A DNA stretch of 64,000 nucleotides, taken from Candidatus Omnitrophota bacterium. GTDB lineage: Bacteria > Omnitrophota > Gorgyraeia > Aquiviventales > Aquiviventaceae. Below are positions 19,140-25,848 of this stretch, piece by piece (positions within the stretch are counted from its first letter, which is position 1; every line of letters starts with the position of its first letter). The notes under the pieces are model-generated. The model saw only the letters and a program-made list of their open reading frames with translations. It was not told the origin of the DNA and ran no database searches. The position numbers were made by a program, and so were the translations under genes. The stretch lies in assembly GCA_023247255.1 (NCBI GenBank), contig JAHFGV010000005.1:6067-70066 (forward strand). The letters run 5' to 3'.

Positions 19140-19213
19140 GGGCGGTTAGCTCAGTTGGTTAGAGCGTCTGATTTACATTCAGAAGGTCGGGGGTTCGAGT
19201 CCTCCACCGCCCA
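19140..19213 (+). tRNA. tRNA-Val (anticodon TAC)
   Basis: Cloverleaf folded by hand: acceptor GGGCGGT/ACCGCCC, D-arm GCTC..GAGC, anticodon loop TTTACAT, T-loop TTCGAGT. Confidence 0.9.
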
Positions 19214-19279
19214 GGTTTTTAACCTCCTGGTGTGGAGGATTCGAAGGGAGCCGAGCCTTCGGTCAATCAAGAGAGCCGA

Positions 19280-19363
19280 GGGAATTGTCGATTGACGATT
19301 GTCGATTTTTGATTGAACGGCCGTCTTCCAATCGACAATCCAAAATCGACAATCGAAAATTCC
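19280..19363. repeat. CGATTGTCGATT-unit palindromic element, copy B
   Basis: Ends GGGAATTGTCGATT / AATCGAAAATTCCC are 13/14 complementary. Shares AATCGACAATCGAAAATT with copy A. Confidence 0.6.
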
Positions 19364-19433
19364 CAGGCTGTTTCATGATTCCTTAGGCGAGGCGGATGGC
19401 CGACCGGAACGAGCCGAAGGCGAGTGAAGGCGC

Positions 19434-19450
19434 CGAGTCCTCCACCGCCC
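19434..19450 (+). repeat. 17-nt duplicate of the tRNA-Val 3' end
   Basis: CGAGTCCTCCACCGCCC is identical to 19196-19212. Confidence 0.7.
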
Positions 19451-19516
19451 GTATAAATTTTGCTTCGAAATGTGAGTGACCCGTTCATTAGTTTTATAGA
19501 TAAAGGACATTAGGAT

Positions 19517-20803
19517 ATGTGTGCGCGACTTGTTTTATTCGTTATTAGTCTGCTCCTCGGTTGGTTCAGTAGTCACAGGTTTTGTGCCGCTCAATCCCAA
19601 ACATCCGTTGCCCAAGATTCCAGCGGTTCGTACAACGCCGGGCTCACGCTGGTCGATGTTCCTTATCCGTCGGGGCGCGGTGAGGAAGCGATCATCACAA
19701 CGGCGGTGTGGTATCCGACCCGACAAGCCCAGGATGAATACGCCTATCGATTGACCCAAGACTATATCAGCCAAGTCGCACTGGATGCTCCGGTTGCTCC
19801 AGGAGAGCCTTATCCTTTGGTTATCTATATCCACGGTGGTTTCTCCTCCGGATTCGCCTCATCGTTTTTCACGGAGGAGCTGGCCCGTCACGGCTATGTG
19901 GTGGTGGCCCCGGATTATGTGGATACGATCCCACCGGATTATACGCAGTCCTTGGCCTTCAGCCGGATGCGCCAGGGAAAGACTGCCCGGAATATCCAGG
20001 TTCTCAAAGCCGCCAAGCAATGGGTGGCTGACATGAACGCGGATTCAGATTTCTTTCTCTCTTATCTGGCGGCCCATCGGCTTCCGCAGACCTCGTTTAT
20101 CATCGACTGGATGCTCAGGCAGAATGCTCAGTCTAGCTCGATGTTCTACCAGGCTGTTGATTCCCAGGCGATCGGAGCCATTGGCTGGTCTGAGGGAGGC
20201 GTGACTATTTTGGCAAAGATTGGAGCCCATCCCGATCCATCCGTTCAGGATTCCAGGATCCGCGCAGCCCTGTTACTTTCATCTCCCGCCTTTCCGGATC
20301 GGTTTCAGCGGATTCGCATTCCCATCATGCTCATGGCTGGAGACGATGATGCTCCGGCAGTTCACCCTGAGAATCCCAGGCGTTTGATTGTTGACCAAGC
20401 GCCGGCGCAGAAATATCACCTCGTCCTTAAAGACACGAACCACTTTGATTTTGGTAACCGCGTCTGTGGCAACACCCCGTTGTATCTAGCCGTTACCCAA
20501 AAACCCAAGGCTCGGGTGATTTTCCAGTATGGGTATACCTTTTTTCAAAAACATCTACGTGGGGATTCCTCAGCCGACCGACGATTGACGCAAGCGGATT
20601 CTCTTTTAGCGTATTATCTATACGACACGAATCCTGCGGCCGAAGGGGTGGTTGAATTTGGAAAGGAGCCAGTATCCTCGGGCCGATCTTTAGGATTGGG
20701 TCATCGATTGCGTCAGCGGTCTGGATCGCAAGAGCAAGGTGGGGGAGGATCCAGCCGGCCGCTACGTCAGTTATTTCAGCGCTTGCGCAATCGCTCCGAA
20801 TAA
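19517..20803 (+). CDS. secreted alpha/beta hydrolase (dienelactone hydrolase / PAF-acetylhydrolase-like)
   Basis: 428 aa with a signal peptide, the nucleophile elbow GWSEGG, and a later D and H (MAGDDD, TNHFDF). Basic Gly/Ser/Arg tail. Confidence 0.6.
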   Translation: MCARLVLFVISLLLGWFSSHRFCAAQSQTSVAQDSSGSYNAGLTLVDVPYPSGRGEEAIITTAVWYPTRQAQDEYAYRLTQDYISQVALDAPVAPGEPYPLVIYIHGGFSSGFASSFFTEELARHGYVVVAPDYVDTIPPDYTQSLAFSRMRQGKTARNIQVLKAAKQWVADMNADSDFFLSYLAAHRLPQTSFIIDWMLRQNAQSSSMFYQAVDSQAIGAIGWSEGGVTILAKIGAHPDPSVQDSRIRAALLLSSPAFPDRFQRIRIPIMLMAGDDDAPAVHPENPRRLIVDQAPAQKYHLVLKDTNHFDFGNRVCGNTPLYLAVTQKPKARVIFQYGYTFFQKHLRGDSSADRRLTQADSLLAYYLYDTNPAAEGVVEFGKEPVSSGRSLGLGHRLRQRSGSQEQGGGGSSRPLRQLFQRLRNRSE

Positions 20804-20940
20804 ATTTCGCTGCGCGAATCTATCAGTACCGAACACGTTCAAACCGAGGTGGACGGAAGCTGCGATTCACGATACTATCGTCACTCCGACTGAAATCAGA
20901 GATTTTCTCCGTTACGCGTTTCGCATTGCACGGTTTTTCA

Positions 20941-21106
20941 GGAGGCGCAGCTCAATGGGTTAGGCGTAGCCCCCGCAGCTTTGATCTGTCCCTAGAAATC
21001 GCGAAGCGATTTCAGGGATCAAATCCGAAATGCTTTGCATTCCATGGGACGAAGCAAATCAGTGGGAGGTGGCGGCCTATCGAGCCGTAGGTTGCGGGTT
21101 AGAGCC
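20941..21106 (+). pseudogene. disrupted tRNA-Asp paralogue
   Basis: The 5' part 20941-20963 matches the tRNA-Asp 5' half (3 mismatches). About 100 nt of hairpin-rich insert follows. 21069-21106 matches 23793-23830 (2 mismatches; anticodon becomes ATC). The T-arm and acceptor 3' side are missing. Confidence 0.6.
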
Positions 21107-21126
21107 AAGCAGACGGTGGTAAGTAT

Positions 21127-22193
21127 TAGATCTGTTGCACAATTGCCCAATTTGTAGCATCCTATCCTTAACGCAGAGGAGGAACAAAGGCATGCTACGA
21201 TTTGCCAAACTCGTGCACCACCCGAGGAAACTCTACAGAATGACGGGACTTACGCTTGACCAGTTCCAGACGCTGACGAATCGGCTCACCCCGCTGTGGG
21301 AGCAAGCGGAACGGATGTGCCTCTCGCAGCGCAAGCGAAAGCCACGCCATCGGGAAAGAGTACCAAGTACAAGCTCTCCACGATGGCGGACAAACTCCTG
21401 TGCGTGCTCAGCTTCTACCGCTTCTACCTCTACCTTTGAGCTGCTCGGCTATCTCGTCGGCCTGGATGCCAGCAATATCTGTCGGCTAAAGCCTCGGCTC
21501 GAACCGCTCATTGAGCAGGCAGCCGATCCAAGCCTGGGGCTGTCGCTCCGCCGTCGGCTCCCGCCCGGCGTCAAGAGAATCGGCACCTGGGAGGAACTCG
21601 TGGAGCGCTGTCCGGACTTCGCAGACGTGGTCACTGATGCGACCAAGCAGGCACGACTCCGTCCACCGCGACGCACCCAGCGGCGCTGGTACTCCGGCAA
21701 ACGTAAGCGCCACACACTCAAGACGCAGTTGAGCATCACTCGGCAGAGTGGCCGGATCCTCCATATCAGTTCAACCGTCCCGGGCCGTGTCCATGACTAC
21801 GCGCTCTTGAAGCGGACGCGACTGGACGAACGGCTGCCGCCGAAGACGCGCCTCACCCTGGATCGGGGGTATGATGGTGCCATGACGGACTATCCGACTC
21901 CCGCTATCGCGCTGCCCGTCAAGCGTCGAGGCAACCACCAGGTCCTGACGCGCTCGGAGCGGGCATTCAACCGCCTCCAGGCGCGGCAGCGGATCATCGT
22001 GGAGCATGTCCCAAGTTGCGTGAAGAAGTACCAGCTCCTCGCGCAGGTCTACCGCCACCGGATCGCGGACTACAACCACCGCTTTCGCAACATTGCGGCC
22101 TTGACGAACTTCCGCCTAACGCCGACGGTGACGTAACCGAACCCGGACGCGCGGAGCCTTCATCGTGTCAAGGGCAACTGCGCAATAGGTCTA
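21127..22193 (+). mobile_element. IS element (IS5/Harbinger-type DDE_Tnp_4 transposase)
   Basis: Imperfect terminal inverted repeats: TAGATCTGTTGCACAATTGCCC (21127-21148) against the reverse complement of 22172-22193 (about 17/21). One transposase ORF lies inside. Confidence 0.7.
21192..22136 (+). pseudogene. DDE_Tnp_4 transposase with compensating frameshifts
   Basis: ATG 21192 follows GAGGAGG. Core motifs DATKQARLRP, YSGKRKRHTLK, PGRVHDY and DRGYDG are present. The family-typical segment KYKLSTMADKLLCVLSFYRFYL is readable only in the +2 frame between about 21350 and 21431. Confidence 0.6.
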
Positions 22194-22278
22194 TTGAATT
22201 AGCTCATGTTGAAATGTAGTGGAACTTGTAGTGGCTGAGCTAACGTGAAAGTACAGTTTCGTAGATGAGGAGCTAACC

Positions 22279-22812
22279 GTGAAGAAGCTATCGCTGGCAA
22301 TTAGGCTCATAGCGGTCTTGCTAATTCTTAATGGAGCGGGAAGGGTAGCTGTTGTTGCTTTTGGCCTGGTAGTCTTTTCAAGAGCGATGGAACCAATCGA
22401 GCTATCGCCAGAGTGGGAAAAGGTCTTGAGCAGAACAGTCCAACGGGGCGCGATTTCACCCGAAGAAGCTGTGCAAAGGAGAGAGCAGGCTAAAAAGGTA
22501 CGTGAGCAGCAAGGGGCGTTCCCTGAGTTTAGGTCTTGGGGTGCAGTACAGGTGCTTGCGCTCATAACCAGTTTACTTGGCATGGGGAAGCTGATTGCTG
22601 GTATCGGTATCTTAATGCTGAGGGATTGGGCGCGGACGTTAGCCGTGTGGCAGTCTGGATTGTGGATTGCGTTTAGTTTTTCGTTCCAGTTATTGCTCAG
22701 GGTTTCTCAAAAGTTCCATAATGTTATCCTAGGCCATCAACAAGTAGGCCATACGGTTGGTCAATGGGTCATGTTCTTCTGCTGGGTTATCTTGAATGGC
22801 TACCTCATCTAG
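22279..22812 (+). CDS. hypothetical membrane protein
   Basis: 177 aa with a GTG start and 4 predicted TM segments. No family recognised. Confidence 0.4.
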   Translation: MKKLSLAIRLIAVLLILNGAGRVAVVAFGLVVFSRAMEPIELSPEWEKVLSRTVQRGAISPEEAVQRREQAKKVREQQGAFPEFRSWGAVQVLALITSLLGMGKLIAGIGILMLRDWARTLAVWQSGLWIAFSFSFQLLLRVSQKFHNVILGHQQVGHTVGQWVMFFCWVILNGYLI

Positions 22813-22888
22813 CTTTTCCTTCAACCTTCGGTGAAAGCACAGTTTCAAAAGCAAACGTAGCTCGTTTCGTCAGCTTTCACACTTAAAA

Positions 22889-23098
22889 TCACATCCTGCT
22901 CGACACTCCTCCTGACACCGCCACAGGAAATCGGTTAACATCCTTGTCGTACTCAGGTGAGAGATGCGCGTAATGCTCCATCGTAATTCTGGGGTTTGAG
23001 TGTCCCATCCATTTCTGGATTTTGAAAATGCTGACTTCTGCCTGAGCGACTTGGTGGTGAAGCGAAAGAGCTTGACGAATACAATAGAATATAATACA
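22889..23098 (-). pseudogene. tyrosine recombinase (phage integrase) C-terminal remnant
   Basis: A minus-strand frame not listed in the track reads ..LSLHHQVAQAEVSIFKIQKWMGHSNPRITMEHYAHLSPEY... This covers box II with the catalytic His and Tyr context. Only about 69 codons are open. Confidence 0.6.
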
Positions 23099-23123
23099 TT
23101 ATAGATATATTCAGGAGGCTCCC

Positions 23124-23366
23124 ATGGCAAAAGTGGTCACGGTACGGCTTTCGGAGGAGGACTATCGAAAGATTGCAGCCGTCGCAAAACGTGAGCGGCG
23201 CCCGCTTTCGAACTTTATGACGCTGATGGTGATCAAGGGCATCGAGGAGGGCGATTACGTCGATGCCGTGGAGATGGATCAGATCCTCGCGGACAAGTCT
23301 CTGAGGGCTAAGTTACGGGCAGGGCACTACGACGCCAAGCGACGCAAAGGCAAGCTCGTTGGCTGA
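23124..23366 (+). CDS. CopG/RHH-family antitoxin
   Basis: 80 aa with an N-terminal ribbon-helix-helix (KVVTVRLSEEDYRKIAAVAKRERRPLSNFM). GGAGG lies upstream. Confidence 0.75.
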   Translation: MAKVVTVRLSEEDYRKIAAVAKRERRPLSNFMTLMVIKGIEEGDYVDAVEMDQILADKSLRAKLRAGHYDAKRRKGKLVG

Positions 23367-23637
23367 TTTTCGTATCTTCGAGACCTCACAGTTTCAGAAG
23401 GACCTTCAGCAGGACTTCCGAGGGCAACAGGCGCGCATTGAACGCAAGCTCGCCACGTATGTCTATCCCCAGCTGCGAGCGAATTCCTACATCGGGAAGA
23501 ATATCAAGAAACTTCGGGATGCCGTTCCTGAGACCTGGCGGTATCGCATCGGGGATTACCGATTTTTCTACAGGGTCGATGAGCGGCAACGACTCATCTT
23601 TATGCTGACTGCCGACCATCGTGGTCACGCGTATTGA
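23359..23637 (+). CDS. RelE/ParE-family toxin
   Basis: 92 aa with WRYRIGDYRFFYRVDERQRLIFMLTADHR. Overlaps the antitoxin gene by 8 nt. Confidence 0.8.
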   Translation: MADFRIFETSQFQKDLQQDFRGQQARIERKLATYVYPQLRANSYIGKNIKKLRDAVPETWRYRIGDYRFFYRVDERQRLIFMLTADHRGHAY

Positions 23638-23768
23638 ACGATAACCCTGAAGTGATCAGCTTAACAGTTGACGGCAGGAAAAATCCACGATACCATCATC
23701 CCCTCGACGAGAAGCTGGAAGATTTTCTCTCATTACACACTCCACCTTAAACATTACACAGCTTTTCA

Positions 23769-23842
23769 GGGGGCGTAGCTCAATTGGTTAGAGTGGCGGC
23801 CTGTCGAGCCGTAGGTTGCGGGTTCGAGCCCCGTCGCCCCCG
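23769..23842 (+). tRNA. tRNA-Asp (anticodon GTC)
   Basis: Acceptor GGGGGCG/CGCCCCC, D-arm GCTC..GAGT, anticodon loop CTGTCGA, T-loop TTCGAGC. Confidence 0.9.
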
Positions 23843-23927
23843 TTTTTGAACTGACGGAAGCCGTTATCTCGGAAGAGGTGACGGCTTCGTCGTCTTCTGG
23901 GATGAAAAAACGTAACCGGGTTGAAGC

Positions 23928-24068
23928 TGTTTTTATGATGATCCACAGCCAGCTCTTGTACGAAATTCTCAGCCGGTTGATCCATCGGACCGAGAAGTCG
24001 TGGAACGTGTAACCGCAGCGTTTACAGCGGTACCGTTTACCCACGATCCTTTGGTTTTTCAAGCACAC
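23928..24068 (-). pseudogene. IS1595-like transposase N-terminal zinc-ribbon fragment
   Basis: KRYRCKRCGYTFHDFSVRWINRLRISYKSWLWII resembles the IS1595-family N-terminus as I recall it. The rest of track ORF 23766..24068 is antisense to the tRNA and was ignored. Confidence 0.4.
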
Positions 24069-24101
24069 CAGCCGACCGGAGTTTGAGCACAGAAAACTGA
24101 T

Positions 24102-24121
24102 TGCGCAATAGGTCTATTGAA
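24102..24121 (+). repeat. solo copy of the IS right end plus flank
   Basis: TGCGCAATAGGTCTATTGAA is identical to 22179-22198. Confidence 0.6.
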
Positions 24122-24164
24122 GCCCGCGAGAGGGCTGCTCCATTGCGAGTCCTTCTCGTTCTCC

Positions 24165-24193
24165 TTGACGGTTGTGGCGCGTAGGCGTATTCT
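24165..24193 (+). promoter_or_regulatory. sigma70-like promoter candidate for the Crp/Fnr gene
   Basis: TTGACG (24165-24170), 17-nt spacer, TATTCT (24188-24193). This would give a near-leaderless transcript for ATG 24201. Confidence 0.3.
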
Positions 24194-24200
24194 TCATGAG

Positions 24201-24875
24201 ATGGGTGACGAACCAAGAGCCTTCATGGGCCAATTCCTCTCTCGTATGGAGCCTTTCAGACGACTCAGCCAGGCTGAACGGCTACGGCTTGCTGCTGTCG
24301 CCCGTGAGAAACGCTATGACAAAGGCGACACCATCTTCCGCGCAGGTCAGCCAGCCGATGCCGTCTGCGTCGTCAGAGAAGGCCGCGTCCACTTGATGAA
24401 ATTTCTCGAAGGCGGGCAGGCGTCCACGACGTGCGTCATGACGCCCGGGGAAACGTTCTGTTGTCTGCCGGCGCTTGACGGAAAACCGTACCCCGTGGAT
24501 GCCGTCGCTGCAGTGGACTCCACGGTCATTTGCATTCCTACCAGCGCCTTCCATGAGCTCCTGCGCAAGAACCCCGCGTTCCTCCAAGACTCACTCTGCC
24601 TCTTCTGCGATCGGCTGCGCCAGGTCGAGGACAAGAGTTGCATGACCTACGACTCCGTCGAGCGGCGGCTGGCCAAATCACTCCTCATGCTCTCAAAGAA
24701 GTTCGGCCCGACGATTCCGCTGACCAAACAGGAGCTGGCCGAGCTGGCCAATACCACCCAGGAGACCACGATCCGAATTTTAAGCCAACTGAGCAAGCAA
24801 GGGGTGATTCGTTCCGCCCGCGGGAAAACCACGATCCTGCGCCCAGAGAAGCTCTCCGCCTTCCTCGACCCGTAA
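24201..24875 (+). CDS. Crp/Fnr-family transcriptional regulator
   Basis: ATG 24201. cNMP-binding-like barrel (YDKGDTIFRAGQPADAVCVVREGRVHL) plus a C-terminal HTH (LTKQELAELANTTQETTIRILSQL). No N-terminal Cys cluster. Confidence 0.8.
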   Translation: MGDEPRAFMGQFLSRMEPFRRLSQAERLRLAAVAREKRYDKGDTIFRAGQPADAVCVVREGRVHLMKFLEGGQASTTCVMTPGETFCCLPALDGKPYPVDAVAAVDSTVICIPTSAFHELLRKNPAFLQDSLCLFCDRLRQVEDKSCMTYDSVERRLAKSLLMLSKKFGPTIPLTKQELAELANTTQETTIRILSQLSKQGVIRSARGKTTILRPEKLSAFLDP

Positions 24876-24882
24876 GCCCTTC

Positions 24883-24896
24883 CTGACGGACGTCAT
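24883..24896. promoter_or_regulatory. Crp/Fnr-type dyad site 1
   Basis: CTGAC-GGAC-GTCAT, followed by AGAA. Confidence 0.45.
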
Positions 24897-25043
24897 AGAA
24901 ATCCTCTAGACCGCAAGGTATCGTTGCGGGTAGCCACGTCACAGAGGAGGTGACTCCGTCGGTTTTGCAAGACTACACTCATTGGACGACGAGGAGTTGC
25001 GGAAGCCTCCAAGGGAGATCCCACGCAACTCCATCATAATGAC

Positions 25044-25057
25044 ATGACGTACGTCAT
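25044..25057. promoter_or_regulatory. Crp/Fnr-type dyad site 2
   Basis: ATGAC-GTAC-GTCAT, a perfect 14-nt palindrome. TACAGT lies at 25080-25085. Confidence 0.5.
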
Positions 25058-25107
25058 AGAAGGATTCCCTGTTGAGCGCTACAGTTAGATATGAAAGGAG
25101 GCGCAGG

Positions 25108-25761
25108 ATGAACGCGGTCGAGCGTCTGCGGCGGGATCACACGATCCTCAGAGCCAAGCTGAGCGTCTTGGAAGGGGCGCTGACCATGGGGTCGGAGACA
25201 TGGTTCGTGCTCCGGGAAATTTGCCACGCGCTCTCTCGCCAGCTCCAGGATCACATCAAACGTGAAGAGGAGCTGGTCACGGCGTGCAAAGAAGCACTGC
25301 CCGACGACGTGCTGGCCCATCTCACCGTCGGGCATAAGGACGAGCCTGCGTTGCTGCGGACGATCAACCGGCTGTTTATCGAGGAGCAGGGGCATTCTCT
25401 TGCGAGCATCAGGCCGTCGTTGACGAGGCTCATTCTCGGCCTGCGTGGTCACATGGACGAAGAGGAGGCCGAGTTGTTCCCGGCGATTGAAGGGGTCCTG
25501 AGCGACCATGAAGCAGCGGAGGTTCAAGAGCCGCTTCCGCCTGTCAGGCTGCGCGAGGAGATGACGGTCAACCATGTACTCCATACTTACCCGCAAACCA
25601 AACCACTCCTTGAACGGCTCTTCATCAACGTTCCGTATGAGGGCTACGACTGCCTAGATGAAGTCGCCTGGAGACGGGGAATGGACTGCTGCCAATTCAT
25701 CGGGCTGCTTGAGGAGGCGATCAGCGTGGCGTACCACTGTGATGAGATCGTAGCAGCATGA
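25108..25761 (+). CDS. hemerythrin-domain protein with DUF1858/ScdA-N-like C-terminal domain
   Basis: ATG 25108 follows AAAGGAGG. H/E-rich HHE pattern (RRDH, LQDHIKREEE, HMDEEEAELFP). C-terminus reads MTVNHVLHTYPQTKPLLERLF. Confidence 0.65.
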   Translation: MNAVERLRRDHTILRAKLSVLEGALTMGSETWFVLREICHALSRQLQDHIKREEELVTACKEALPDDVLAHLTVGHKDEPALLRTINRLFIEEQGHSLASIRPSLTRLILGLRGHMDEEEAELFPAIEGVLSDHEAAEVQEPLPPVRLREEMTVNHVLHTYPQTKPLLERLFINVPYEGYDCLDEVAWRRGMDCCQFIGLLEEAISVAYHCDEIVAA

Positions 25762-25848
25762 GCTCGCTTTTGACTTGACGAACCACGAGCTTGTTAATAA
25801 GATGAAACACGCGATGGGTCGACAGGGTGTTGTGAGGAGCCGTCCAGC

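Noticed and set aside
22870-23130. Track ORF of 86 aa on the minus strand as a real gene.
   Set aside because: It shows no family similarity. A different frame over the same DNA carries the integrase box II remnant, so the region is better described as a pseudogene.
19214-24121. An intact prophage, integrative element or dedicated anti-phage defence system in the accessory island.
   Set aside because: Only remnants are present: a 69-codon integrase tail, a ~47-codon IS1595-like fragment and a frameshifted IS. Apart from one ordinary RHH-RelE pair, there are no structural phage genes, nucleases, NTPases or other defence hallmarks.
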